Shown: positions 25,072 to 63,265 of the stretch, one piece after another | How positions within the stretch are numbered: the stretch's first letter is position 1 | Layout of the letters: every line of letters starts with the position of its first letter | DNA from: Saccostrea cucullata | Lineage: Eukaryota | Reading direction: 5' to 3' | Length of the DNA: 64,000 bases | Assembly (NCBI RefSeq): GCF_032062105.1 | Contig: NW_026923728.1 | Coordinates: 1 to 64,000 of the forward strand | Translations under genes and position numbers: made by a program | The notes under the pieces: generated by a model | The model's input: only the letters and a program-made list of their open reading frames with translations | What the model was told of the DNA's origin: nothing | Databases searched by the model: none

Positions 25072-28000
25072 ATGGCGAAGAAAACACCAAGAATTTGCTC
25101 AAGAAAAACAACAGAGATGAGAAGATCTTTTGACTCTACACTGAAGAAAGGCACCCCAAACGGCAGATTAGATACAGGTAGTTATTTGTTACAGTTCAGA
25201 GCACCTTTATTTTTGTTTTTATCGTCTGAAATCGTAAGAATAATGTTGACCTAAAATGGCGCGTTCCAAAAATTCAAAATGACCATTGTACAGTTGTAAT
25301 TATTGTGAAAAAGCGCCTTGTAAATCATTCTCAGCTTAGGTTGTTATACAGATAATTAACTGCTGTTTAAACGCATGCTTGTATTTTGCACCATTGTATT
25401 TATCTTTCATGTTTTTCGTATGAATATTAGAATATGCTATTGTATTTTCTGCATCGTCCCGATCATGTAAAATTTACATAATTTAAAAATTACAACGTGT
25501 TGTAGTATTCCGGAATTTTAAATGTAGGTTGGTTTTAGAGGATAATATCGTTATGTACTTGTATCCGGTGTTAACTTTTTCATTTGGAAAATCGAAAGAA
25601 TTGACCCAACGCTTATGTTTTTTCAGAAAAGGTGAGCTTTATTGTTCATTATAGCTGCTGGATGTGTTCAATGTTATTCTCAGAAGTAGTTTCTTGAATC
25701 GTACATTTATTTTTTGCTGAATTGTTTTTATTATTGATGGAAGACTGTGCTGCACAGCTGAGGAAGGGGTTCAATATATTTTTAACATACATGCAATCTA
25801 GAATCGTAAATATTAGACATGTAAGAGGGCATCATGATGGGAGAATGCCATCGTGTAGTACTGTATCACTGTGAAATACCAATTTGTACATGTTGTAGTC
25901 ATGAAAGTAAAATTCCTGAGAACTTGCAGATTTTTGGCTATGAAAGTGACTTGATAATTTTCATAATGCCGCACATTATTCAAGTTGAAGTATTTTATTT
26001 CATACCATACATAAGGATTTTAAAGCAAATGTCGAAAGTGAATAAACTATTTATATACAAAGATACATAAGCATCTTTTCGTACAAGGCATAATTATGAT
26101 GAATTAAACTTAAAATGATATTTATTTTAAATTAAATTTTAATTTCATGTTGACACATATGCATGTTTTGATCTATATGAAATAAATAAGACTATTTAAG
26201 CAACCTAAAACTTGATTTAGTGTGCATGGTTTAATTTTTCATTAGAAATGCTTATGTTATTTTTGTACCTTGGGCTTCAAATATTAAATGTGGTGCTGCA
26301 CCGTGCAGTTTCTAAATATCAGAAATCACTTTTAAATCATATTAACCACAAACATGATTCTCTTGATATCAGCAGAACAGCTATTGTTTACCTGTATATA
26401 AATTCTGCATTATGATAGACTGGAGCTTGATGAAATGAGCAATTGGCCATTTTCAATTTCTTAAGTTGCATGCATTGATATTATATAGTCATATACTAGT
26501 ATTTGTTTGTTGCTCGTAGAAATTATGATATCCGTTTAGAGAACTTTTTATTCATGTGGATACATCACCAACACAGTCTCTGCTCTCATCCGAGGGAGCG
26601 GTCTCTATGTACTACATTGGATTCAGACCCGTGATGTAAGAATCAGCACCTACTTCCCGACTTGAGGCGTGTCGCTCGAACCACTGGGCCACACTGTGTG
26701 ACCCATTATGAAAATTTGACATAATACTTTTACGTCTATATGACTTCTAAATTTTATTGACTTGATAAAATGACTGATACACAAATAAGATTTTTGTAAT
26801 CTCTCTGTTTATAGCTGTTTACCATTTGCCATATTTCTATCACTAATTAAATCAATTTTCAACAATGGCCACTAAAGAGTCATAGTTCTGTCTTATTATA
26901 TAAATAGTTATCTGCCCTTGATGCAAAATGGAATAAATAAAATAAAGTATTAAATGGATTATAATTTTGAATCAAAGAAGGCCTACATATCTTAAACAAA
27001 CATAATTTAGATGTAGTCTTGCTTTTATGAAAAATTGTAACTTATTTAATTTTTCTCACTCTCAGATATAATTGCTTTTCAAGAACTTTTAAATTGTGGT
27101 TGTGATAGGACTGCCACTTAGAATTAGACCAGAGTGTGTCCATTTTAAAATGATACAATTTTCCATCATTTTTTTTCTTTGTCATGTGTCTATTAGAATT
27201 TTAACTGAATGTCAGGTGCAAGGAAATGGACATGCAAGTGGTTTTTGGGACTTTTCTTAGCTCATGCTAAAAACAAAAACAGTTATTAATGTACGGTACT
27301 GTACTAACTTGATCTATTTTAATTTCAGATATCCACTGAACAAATCATCTGAAAACTAAGGCTAATAGGAGAGGATGAAGAATACTTCTGGTAATAGGTA
27401 TGTTTTAACAGTGAGTAAGAACTTAATATAATTTATGTAGTTCTATTTTAGGAAATTAAGGACTAAAGCATAAAGTTTATGTTTTTATTTTCTATTGTTT
27501 TGTTAATCTCACTGTGTAATGTTAAGCTCTCTATTTAGTATTTATTATCATGATCATAGTCAGTGTGTTGTGGGGTTGGGGGGGAGGGGGTTTACATGTA
27601 AGCTGCTTTCCTCTACTTTTTAAGTTTTATATAATATATTTATATGTTTCCATGAAATAAACAGATGTTAACATTTTCTTAGAAAGTCTCATTTTGCGAG
27701 CTACCTACTAAAATTGTATGATTTATTTAAGATAAGTATTATCAACATTTTCAGCTTCTCTGCAACCGCTCAACCAATTTTGGTGAAGGGGAACAAAATT
27801 TATAAATTTTATCCCCCCCTCCCCTCGCGGGCCTGAGGGGTGGGGCCAAAACCACTAAAATTCATGCAATCTTTGAAAATCCCCTTCTTCTTTTCCCCTC
27901 CTGAACATCAAGCAGTCAAACTGTTGGTATGATTGTAATCTGCATTGAGTCCTCTACCATAATTATGAAATTCATGACCCCAGGGTCAAGGATTCTAGGA

Positions 28001-29250
28001 TTAGGGTGGGTCTTATAGCTCTTTGGAATTAATCAAACCATTTAAGATGAAATAAAACCTATGAAAACATTTAGTAAATTTTGAAGGGTCGGTCGGGAAC
28101 AAACATATTTTTTTTTCTAGGCTTTACATGATACTCAGGTGACCTATAAGGTATGTGGGCCTCTAGTTGTTATTCAAATATCATGAATCATGGTCTAAGG
28201 GTCTAGGTTAGGGGTACAAAAAATATTTTGATGAACAAGTAAAATGAAGAAAAAAATCCTTAATTTACTTTGAAAATCTTATCAGAAACAAATCCATACA
28301 TACATATTCAGTACATTTAAATACATTCAAGTTTGTTTATTTCATTATCACTTGTCAAGTGTTTAAAAGAGGCAACTTTGATAAACTAATGAGATTTTAC
28401 ACTTGATAAATTTTTAGATTTTATTTTAAATCATTCTGATCAAAAATGCTGAAAATCTGAAATTAATCAAAGGCTTGTGCTAGAACAGTTTTAGGAACTT
28501 TCAGTTTGTCAATCTTATTAAAATTAAATGTTAGATCTGCGCACATATTGGCTAAAATCTAATGGCATCCTGTAGAGTGTCACGTCAGACGTTAAATTCT
28601 ATTAACCAATCAAATACTCGAATGCAAAAATTATTGTATTTAATTTATTGGAATGAATAAGTCTAGAGTCTGAGTTGTTCCGTATTTGACATTTGACGTG
28701 ACCTTCTATGGATGCTGTTAGATGTTGTGTAGCGAGTATGCAAGAGGATCTAACATGTTGTTTTATTTAGATCAGGATTTTGTTAAACTATATTTTTATA
28801 TATTTTCAATAGGTTGAAGTAACTGACGAGCAGATCAATCCAACTTGAACTTGAAGTGCAAGTGGGTCTTCAAAAATGTGGACCACTCAAGGACTTTTCT
28901 GTTGGTTGATGATGGACTACAAACTGAATATTTAACAAAGAAATCCACTTTGGTGCTTATTGGCTACTAATGATGTGAACTTGTGCATTTATTATACCAA
29001 GTACTTTTACATTTCCTTGATGATACTAGACTTGCATATACCGAATTCAGGTTTAGTTGATTGATTGCAGTTCTAAGTTCCTCTCGCAAGATTATATCTC
29101 TCATGTATGAGACATCATTAAATGCAGACATTTTCTCTGTCCTCCTGTTGTGACATGAGAGCTCGGACTTAGTTGTAAAAATATTTATGATGCAAGAGAA
29201 AATAAATGGCCAAGCCAATGTATGTAAATGTTGATAATAACATTAAATAT
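25072..29250 (+). ncRNA. Putative spliced transcript inside the CACTA element (lncRNA or 38-aa micropeptide)
   Basis: Reverse CCAAT (ATTGG, 25037) and AAAATGGCG motifs (about 25069 and 25253); donor CAG|GTAGTT at 25178; TACTAAC branch point 27302 then TTTCAG acceptor 27328; donor near 27398; acceptor 28812; ATTAAA about 29242 followed by a GT-rich tract. Confidence 0.4.
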
Positions 29251-29354
29251 TCTTTGATAACTAGTGTGAGTGTGTTTTGTTTTTTCCAGTATGAAAATTC
29301 AGGGGGAAAATGAGTTTTGGTTGAAAAGCTGGGCTAAATTGTATAATTTATAGT

Positions 29355-29610
29355 GTTTCTGTTGCGGAAACCTATGGTACACCATATGTATTTCAACCGT
29401 ATACGCATACTGAAACCTTGCGTAAACCTCAAGTTTCAGTTGCGGAAACCTATGGTACACCATATGTATTCCAACCGTATACGCATACTGAAACCTTGCG
29501 TAAACCTCAAGTTTCAGCAAGTTTCAGTTGCGGAAACCTATGGTACACCATATGTATTTCAACCATATACGCATACTGAAACCTTGCGTATACCTCAAGT
29601 TTCAGCAAGT
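29355..29610. repeat. Three tandem 78-bp subterminal units of the CACTA element
   Basis: Units start at 29355, 29433 and 29521 (GTTTCAGTTGCGGAAACCTATGGTACACCATATG...); explains the repetitive ORFs 29299-29709. Confidence 0.9.
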
Positions 29611-32600
29611 TTAACTTTAAATTTGATTCGTGGACACCTTTGGTTTCCGCACTGCAAAAAACTTATGAAACTTGAAGTTTCCGCACTGAAACTTTGCGGA
29701 AACTATTAGTAACCTTAAGTTTCCGCAGAGTTTCAGTAGAGTTTCAGCCATGCGGAAACTGTATTTTTCATCCAGTGAGGCGTGTCAAAAGGTCTGTTCA
29801 AAGAAGGCGTAGGGAACGAACAAGGAGCATCGTGGATGAGATATCAACTGGCAGTCACAAAGAGAAAAGAATCTGAACAATATAGTAGTTCTAAATATGC
29901 TTCTTTTGACGGAGAAGACAGAGTGGTCAATTTTGAAAACTTCATTGGAGATGAACCAATTTTGCAAGAGGTAACGTTTAATTTGCAACCTATAAAGTTG
30001 TAACGTATTACCGCATCTATTCCAAAATGGGTTTTTTTATGCATTTAGGAATTGCCCATATATCTTTTATTTGTCTCGACTTAAATAAATAACCAATTTC
30101 AACACCTCACTATTGAATCGAACCATCGGTGTCAGGATTATCTCCTTATAACGCGATCATAAAGTAAACAAGTTAACCTTTGAGTCACGTGTGTAACTTA
30201 CTTAGTATATAATATAAAGTATTTTTTTAATTAATTCATAACAAGATATGAGAATTGATTTAAAGTACATTCAAAACCATATTGTTTTGACCTTATAGTG
30301 TATGTAATTTTTTCCTTATATAGGACCTGGTTGCTTGGGTAACCTTAGGTATCCAGCACATACCACATACCTCTGAGCTCCCCATTCTGCAAACTGTAGG
30401 CGGTGACGTCAGCTTCTTCCTTCTGCCTTTCAACTATTTCCCAAAAGACCCAAGTTTTGGAATTCGTGACAGCGTTCAAATTTATTACAATGATCCAAAA
30501 GGTTCCCTGAATGTTCTCTCAAATATGGAGGGGGTTGACGGTGTACTGACTTGTACGTACACTGTGGAGGACCTAGCGGCAGATCCTGAGGACTTCCTAC
30601 AGCGACCTACGTGTGAAAAGTGAATGATTACCTTTAACTGGAACAAATGACCTACATGTGCGTGTGAGAAGTGAGTTCACAAACAAAGACAGTTGTGTCT
30701 TACCTTTGTAATAAAAAAAAAATTTTAGAATCCTTGCTTTTTACTGCTTTGTTTTGTCTTTGTCTTGACATGCTTATATCTTCTGCAAACCAAACATTGG
30801 GGTGTTTTAGAATCGTGCCATCTTTTCAATGTCGTTCATTGAAGTTTATGATTTATGTAGGGATTGCTCATGACCTTTGGGGTTCGTTATGATCTCCACT
30901 TTGAGAATTTGGATGAGGTGTATAACAACATAAGGTGTAAATCTAGAAAGAATTTTTTCGTAAATAGCTGATACCAGCCCCCGAATTCAGACTTCAACGG
31001 GGAGTCTCCAATTACCAAGGGTGTGTTCTAAATATTTGTATATTGTTTTCAAAATTAAGAAAGTTGAAGGCAAAGAGTAAAGTGCATGCAAAAAATAGAA
31101 TAGAATAGAATGATAGACAGTCATGAAGACAGACATATGAACCAAGAGACAACATGTTGTCTCCTCCAGGTTTATCGTATGTCAAATATAACATTAGGTA
31201 CATGTTTAGATTGGGACAAAATACGGTCATCTAGTGAAATATGGGAATTCATGTACACATTAAACAAAGTCTCACACAGATTTCTGTTTCATGTAAGTTT
31301 ATAAACGAATATATGTATACATGTACTGAAGACATTAAAAAAAAAATTACAGTATATGATTGTAGTTCGATAATGTACATATAAAATTAAAAAAATGATC
31401 TATAATGTTATTGTTAATCATATCATCTCAGTATTACGTTATTACACTTAACGATACAAATTAACCATTTTCCAAAACAAATCTTTTCAATTGTCCACTT
31501 ATAAGGTACTGATTTTGTTTTTATTTAAGGACAGATGATACAAACATTTTTTTTCTTTGGAGGAGACTTAATATCATACCACAAGTTCAGAAAAGTGGAT
31601 ATTTCTTAGAATTTTTTCTTTAAAGAACTGGAAAATGAAATAGACTCGGAAAATATTACTAATATTTCAATAAAATTACAAATATGGACAAAACACACTC
31701 AGTATAGGTTTACAGATGAAAACAAATTTTAGAATATTTTAAATTGGTGGTAAAAGTGTAATATTAAATTTAGAAAAGTATACCAAGCCCGGTGAATTTT
31801 ATCAGAAAAAGCAAAATGGTAAAAATTAGCTTATATGATATTGCTGAATTCGTGTCATTTTGTTTGTTCTCATGAAATTCACCCGGCTTGGTATAGGTTT
31901 AGAAAAAGAATCTTAAGAAATACACACAACATGGAGCTCATTTATTCCTTTAAAATAGCCATATTGCAGTTTGTTGGATTAAAACAATAACCTTCCTAAA
32001 GGACAGTTCAACTAGAAATCTTTGAAACAGGTCTTAAAAATTTCTTTCCAATCATATTTGTAATATTTTTTTAAAATTGATATTACATGTAATAAAGTAA
32101 TTTATAATTTTCTGATTCTCCTTTTTACACCTTACATTGATCAGAATCTTAATCAAAAGTGAAAAGAGGCATTGGCGACGGAACCGGGGGTGGGTGGGTG
32201 TTTGGGTGGGGTGGGGCTAAGGGCTAGGGGCTTATCCCCCAAATTTTTTTGCAAAGATAGATATTATATAGGCATTCAAAATTAAAATACCTTTATTTGG
32301 GTTCTAGCCCCGCACCCCCCACTTTCAATTAGCCCCCCCCCCCCCTCCGAACTTTCAATTTGCTTCTGACGCCTTTGAGATGAACTACGAACCACACTCT
32401 ATAGTATTGTGAGTTTCACTTAGTTTTCCACACTAACTATAATTACAAATGCTCAGTTTGTGCCATACTAAGTTAAATATAAACTTTGCATCCGCTTTGT
32501 GTTCGGTAACTTTCACAGATCACTGACGAGAAGTTTAGGATATGCCGCCATGTTTGATGAAAGTCCAGTGTAACGTTCTGACGTACAATGTATACTATGT

Positions 32601-32684
32601 GGGAGTCCATGGCGGTTACTGTCCGTGCTGTACTGACGTCATGTCATGCTATATGTATTATATTTATATATATTACACACAATC

Positions 32685-32727
32685 TCTAATCCACCGATGA
32701 GCCCGCATTGGATGAAAGCGCTTTAGA
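32685..32727 (+). ncRNA. Degenerate minimal hammerhead ribozyme-like motif (Penelope-type)
   Basis: TCTAA-tcca-CCGATGAG-ccc gcatt gga-tGAAA-GCGC-TT-TAGA; type I layout with palindromic stem III, but the core reads CCGAUGA instead of CUGAUGA. Confidence 0.4.
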
Positions 32728-33937
32728 TAAAATTTTAAGTTTTTCATTTAAAATTGGATTTTATACTTATATGTATTTTAAACTCATATGTATAAATTTT
32801 ATACTTATATGTATATTATACTTATTGTAAATTATACTTATACATGCTGTACATTATTTATTTCATCTCCTGTTATAACTGCAACTCGGATCATTCAAGA
32901 CATTTCTTATCAAAAAGAGCATGTATATATTCATATCTTATGACGCAGTGTTATGAAAGGTCAGGAACTTACATGCCTGAATCATGAATCTTAAATGTCC
33001 ACAATGTATCTTAATCTTAAATATTGCTAAACACTTTATCGAGTATATTTTTAACCCCCAAAAATACAAACATATAAAATACAGGCACATACATGTATCA
33101 ACATCTAGGGGTGAGGCTGCCCCCCTTTTTTTCCAAACAAAACTTTAACTTTTGAAAATGTTAATTGACATACTAGTTTACCCTCCTCCCACAAACCATT
33201 ACTTTTTGCTAGAGTAAAGTGATACACACTGTATCAGAGCGATCTAATTTTGTATGAGGAAAATTTGTTACTGAAAAATGTTGGCCTCTAACACACACCC
33301 CCCACCCCCTCCAATGAAAGAGGATTTTCGAATTTTGAAAAATATTCTTTTTTTTTTTTTTTTTTTTTTTGCTTGTCCAATTTTTCAGGTCAGTTTTTTT
33401 TTTCTCTGGCTGCCCCCATCCCCACCAACTCCACTTTCAAAAAACGATGCTACATGCACGTCACTTAAATATCAATATGTCGATCATTGACTATTTATGT
33501 AAATCAGCAAAGAACGTTAAAAGGATAGGTGTCTTTTCTAGGAAAAAAAAAAGAAATTCTTTGGAGTTTATTTCATTTTGTATATCTATGAATTGAAAAT
33601 GATATTAAGATTACTTCAGGTCCTACGTGTATCTTATAAGAAAAAAAAATGAGAGACATGTACTGAGTATTGTTTTGCAATACTCTAAGATTGCTTGCTT
33701 CAACTAATTAAGCTTTACTTGTATAAGAATCGTATTTAAATGCAATATTTTTACATTAATATACAAATTTCCTTTTAAGTTCCAATACGCATTGATTACG
33801 AAAAATAAAGATGTTCACAACTAGGACAGCGTGTGTTACATATATATCCCGTATCCCTAACGACTTAATCTTCTGAGACGGAACCATTTATTTAATCAGT
33901 GACGCATGACAAGATACAATATGAGTGATTATAATTG

Positions 33938-33946
33938 TATAAATAT
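33938..33946 (+). promoter_or_regulatory. Candidate TATA box of the astacin gene
   Basis: TATAAATA about 50 nt upstream of the ATG at 33990 (context AAAAACCATGG). Confidence 0.4.
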
Positions 33947-33989
33947 GATACTGTGAATTAAACTGACTGATTTTAATTAAACAAAAACC

Positions 33990-59180
<25,191 letters not shown>

Positions 59181-60029
59181 TGATTCATTGAAACCAGGGA
59201 AGGATTTTGCTGTGATTAATTTCATCATTTATATATCCTCCTGTTTCTGTTATTTTAATGTGAAATGAACTTACAAAGGCATTTTGGACTTTATAGAAAG
59301 AACAGCTCTAGTTTAAGGACTGCTATAAATGGTTACACAGGTGATATTAACAATGCCACTAAGGGTGACTTCGTAACTTTTTTTAAGTGCCAATTTGTGA
59401 CGGTCCATTTTCGAATTACTTTATTGAAAAGGAGTGCGGAAAATATATTTAGTTTCAAGGAAAATAATTGGGTGTGCACGCATACAATAATGTTCTGTTT
59501 GAAGAGAAAGATTAAAAAAAACGTCTGTTGAAAGTTTAAAGATTAATGGTTGAACCGAAATGTCCATTCTTTTGAAGATTATATTGTTTTATTTGTTTTT
59601 TGAATGGTATTTTAATACAGGTGCACGAAAAACTTATAAAATGCAACTTTAATTCAACTCATGAAAAAGAAAAAAATGCCTCTTTATACTTATTCAAAAT
59701 GTTTTTTTTTTTCCTTTCATCAGGCAAATAATACTTAATTTTGATAGAATTTGGCCTATATACTAGATTAACTAGATAAACTCGATAAGAATCAATCGGT
59801 TACATGTATATAGGTTATGGGAATATTCGTAAAATATAGCACGGAAAAGTACTACAATTTTTCATTTATATTTATTTCACAAACGAACGTCTTAAGCCAT
59901 TTAACTTTTTAACATTTTTTTTGCTTGATGGGTCCACTCAACTTGTTGCATGCATAAAACCCGCTAAATATCAAATATATCACTACCCATGCATCGCCAA
60001 TTTACTCTGGTGCATCAGATCATCAGAAT

Positions 60030-61440
60030 CAAAATGCTATGATGTGTTTTGAAGTGCCCCATGTCACTTGACTATTTGCACTTAAATGTGTTGCGTGGGG
60101 ACCCTGAGGTAGATGGGCCCCTGTGCTTTATCTTGATTAAGAGGAACGCCCATTTCCGTACACAGACTTTGGAAAGTGTTTAGCTGAATCAGACATTGAC
60201 TAGTGCCTACCCTTCCCGCAAAAATAAAGTCGTCTAAATAATGGTGTGTCATGTTTAATCCCGATTGTTTCCTAACCAGCCATTCCAGGAACAATGAAAA
60301 TGTTTCAAAAATTTTACATGATATTGAGCAACCGAAGGGCAACATTTTGTAAATATAATAAGCTCCCCTAAAAAAACAGGCCCAATAATTCATGATCCCC
60401 TGGATGCACGGGTATTAGGCGAAATGCGCTTTTGATGTCTGCTTTTGCTATTAGGGCCCCCTTTTCCAAATTGCTAATTGTCTGCACTACTGTGTCAAAA
60501 GATGTGTATTTAACAGTTGAATCGCTAGGGTGTATGTACATTTAATTGACAATTTCTGTTTGCAATGGTATTTAACAAAACCTATTGACAAAAAATTAAG
60601 ACAGCTATTAACAAAATTCAGGTTATCTAATCACACGTTGAATATTGAAACAGGTCGACACCATAACGTACCTAAAAATAATAGATTATGTGCATGTTGT
60701 AATCTCCATGATATAGAAGATGAATTTCATTTTATTTTGAAATGTCCATTGTATATTGATATAAGAAAGAAATTTTTGAAAAAGTATTATTATACTAGGC
60801 CTAGTGTCTTTAAATTAATTCAGCTGTTAAGTTCTCATAATATTAAAGATCTCGTAAATTTGGGCAAATTTTTGAACGCAGCAACAATGTTAAGAAAAAA
60901 TAAAATTGATGTATAGAATTATTCCCATGTATGTGTTCTTTACGTTCACTCTCTCTGTATGTTTTTTTCTTTTTGTTATTATCATGTTTGTTGTATAACT
61001 CTGATGGGCCAGTTGGCTTAAAGAAATAAAGAAACTGAAACTGAAACTGAGTTAATGCTGGACGACGGTGAGTAAGATAAATGCGTAATCATACGCCAAC
61101 CGCCGTCGCTTTTAGGTACAACACCGAATGAAGATTTGGCAATGGGGGATCTAGAAATAGACCCACCATTCGACCCTCGCGCACTTCCTTAAGTATCATA
61201 TCCTCTAAAATACCCCCAGGTTCATTAGCGGACACCAAGTTCTTTAATGGAGTTCTGGGCCCTCTTTACAACAACTTAAAACCTTGTTTAAAACCAATAT
61301 CTAGCATTGTTGCAGATTGCTTATCCGGATATTCATAGGGATCATTTGAAAGTGCATTAGTTATAATTGAGGTATTTCCCATGGACCACAGTTGTTTGCC
61401 ATATCTATTGAATTTTGCTGGGAAAGTATGGAACGCCATC
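60030..61440 (-). mobile_element. Degenerate DIRS/Ngaro-like (tyrosine recombinase retrotransposon) reverse transcriptase, split by a LINE
   Basis: Minus strand reads ...RMITHLSYSPSSSINS [LINE] PSDSTVKYTSFDTVVQTISNLEKGALIAKADIKSAFRLIPVHPGD, frameshift, then MLPFGCSISCKIFE...HHYLDDFIFAG. Confidence 0.8.
60530..61050 (+). mobile_element. 5'-truncated non-LTR retrotransposon 3' end (RTEX-like)
   Basis: ORF C-terminus FRLSNHTLNIETGR...LCACC...IEDEFHFILKCPLY (CCHC-type finger), short 3' UTR, AATAAA and (GAAACT)3 tail. Confidence 0.85.
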
Positions 61441-61469
61441 ACTGCCTTATAGCATACAACTATGCATTT

Positions 61470-62150
61470 ATTACGTCAATTTATCATTACATGATGTGAA
61501 CATATCTTTACGTTATGTCCATTTTTTATGAGATGATGTAAATATATCTTAACATCATGTCAATGCTGCATTACAGGAAGTAAATACATCCTTTCACTAT
61601 GTCAGCAATTCATAACTTGAAGTAAAAAATTCATTGTGTGAAGTGATAATGTTTTATATTGTATTAAAACGTTATTACGTGAAATGAATGTTTCTTTACA
61701 TCATTTCATTTCTTTAATATGTGAGGTCAGAATTGCATTACGTCAAGTAAATTGTGTTTTATAATTAAACTTATCATTACATGAAGTCAAAAGCCCATTC
61801 CTGTTTGAGAGTGTATATTTCTATTATATCAAAGCATTATTATGTGAAATGGATTTATCTTTATTTTACGGCGAGGGCATCATGATGTGAGGTGAACACA
61901 TCTTACCTTTATGTCAGTGCTTTATTATGTGGTGTAAAAAGTGTATAACATAATGTGAACATATCTTTATATTATATCAACACTTTGTTACATTATGTCA
62001 AAACTCCATTCCCGTGATGTGGATATATAATTACGTTATGTCAACTCTTTCTTATGTAATTTAAAAATATCTTTATATTGTGTTAACTCTTTATCATGTT
62101 GATTCCAAATGTTCATTACCTGATGTTAAAATACATTTACATTATCTCAA
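61470..62150. repeat. Highly decayed ~40-bp tandem array
   Basis: Recurrent TTATCATTACATGATGTGAACATATCTTTACGTTATGTCA-like units. Confidence 0.6.
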
Positions 62151-63265
62151 AGCTGTATATCTAGTATATAATGAATGCTGACGACCGTGTTTTAATGACT
62201 GGTATAAGAAAAGGGGGGGTCCTGATTGATTAGGACAAATTACAGTCACATAATATCAACCCCCCTCTTTTCCCAGACATAACTTTACTACAGAAAATGT
62301 AATGTTCATTGAAACTGTACAGCCCCCCACCCCCCCCCCCCACCCCACCCCCATTTCTTGTTGAAGTATAGTCCACTAAGGGTAATGTAATATACATGTA
62401 TCTGGAAAAAAATAGGACTGATCGAAGTTGGACCCCTCTCCCCGAAATAGGATTTTCGGGCTTGGACATTTTTTTCTTGGCTTGTCAAGTTTTTTTGGGG
62501 TAAATGATTTTTTTTTTCTGGCTGACCTCCTCTTTCAAAAAAAAGATGCTACGTCACTGGAGCTAGTAATTTTTTTAATCATTCCAGGGCCAGAATTCTA
62601 TTACAAAAATCTACCAGTCGCTCATCTAAATCAATTGAATATGCCTTAGTAAGCATGCATGGGCACAAATCAGTGGCAGATATGGGAATCTTGAACAAGG
62701 AAGGGGGACGGTATATGGTTGGAGACCAAGGACGGAAAGCGGAGAAGCTCTCACGCTTTATAGTTTTACAGAAAAAAGTTTTCAACTTAATTCAGCTAAA
62801 CTTAATGTGAAACTAATGCAATGTCCTACAAAGTTTAAGACTTTTATAAAAAAAGAAAATAATTCAAAATAAAAAGAAAAAAAATGATTGCTGCACGACT
62901 CATAATATTTGATTTATTTAATTATCAGATTAAAATAAACAAAATTGAATTTCGACGTGACTTTAATTCACAGTCGCAGTGTTAAGGCTTTGCATGTTTC
63001 AAGATTGTCAATCATTTGTCGCTTAAAATTTTCACTTAAAATGTCATTCCGAAATCGCTGAGAATCTCTTCTACGACAGTTTTCTCTCCCGCCATTTTTA
63101 GTGCTTGCGGAATGCAGAAAATACATTATGCTCATATAAAGGCCGAGGATACCCGTATTCGCATAACGTAATAGTGAATCGACATAATGTAGAAGAGTGC
63201 GCACAGTATGGCATGAGCTATTCACATCAGTTAATAAAAACTAAGATTGTCATGAAAATTAAACA

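Larger units (their letters stand above)
21760..29777. mobile_element. CACTA/EnSpm (CMC)-like non-autonomous transposon, 8,018 bp, inserted in the amine oxidase exon
   Basis: Termini CACTGGATGAAAA...TTTTCATCCAGTG (about 27-bp imperfect TIR); 3-bp TSD AGG (21757-21759, 29778-29780); dense TTTCCGCA/TGCGGAAAC and CTGAAAC/GTTTCAG subterminal repeats in both orientations. Removing the element and one AGG restores AGA GGC GTG TCA, colinear with copy 1. Confidence 0.93.
13677..30623 (+). pseudogene. Copper amine oxidase copy 2 with N-terminal signal peptide and two Lustrin-type Cys-rich domains; disrupted
   Basis: Phase-compatible GT-AG exons: 13677-13691 (MDLST), 15563-15629 (MFLSVLIFLLVAWTKG signal), 17352-17510 and 19502-19639 (6-Cys modules), 20010-21759 plus 29781-29970 (oxidase exon split by a TE), 30324-30623 (terminal exon). 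Lesions: an extra A in the A9 run at 21191-21199, a missing G near 21645, and the 8-kb insertion. TLVNYDY, LHHHMF and QHIPH motifs are retained. Confidence 0.85.

Noticed and set aside
25834-25920. Intronic C/D box snoRNA in the CACTA cargo
   Set aside because: C box is imperfect (ATGATGG), no terminal stem, and no recognisable rRNA-complementary guide.
29299-29709. ORFs with internal 26-aa repeats
   Set aside because: Translations of the 78-bp subterminal TE repeats.
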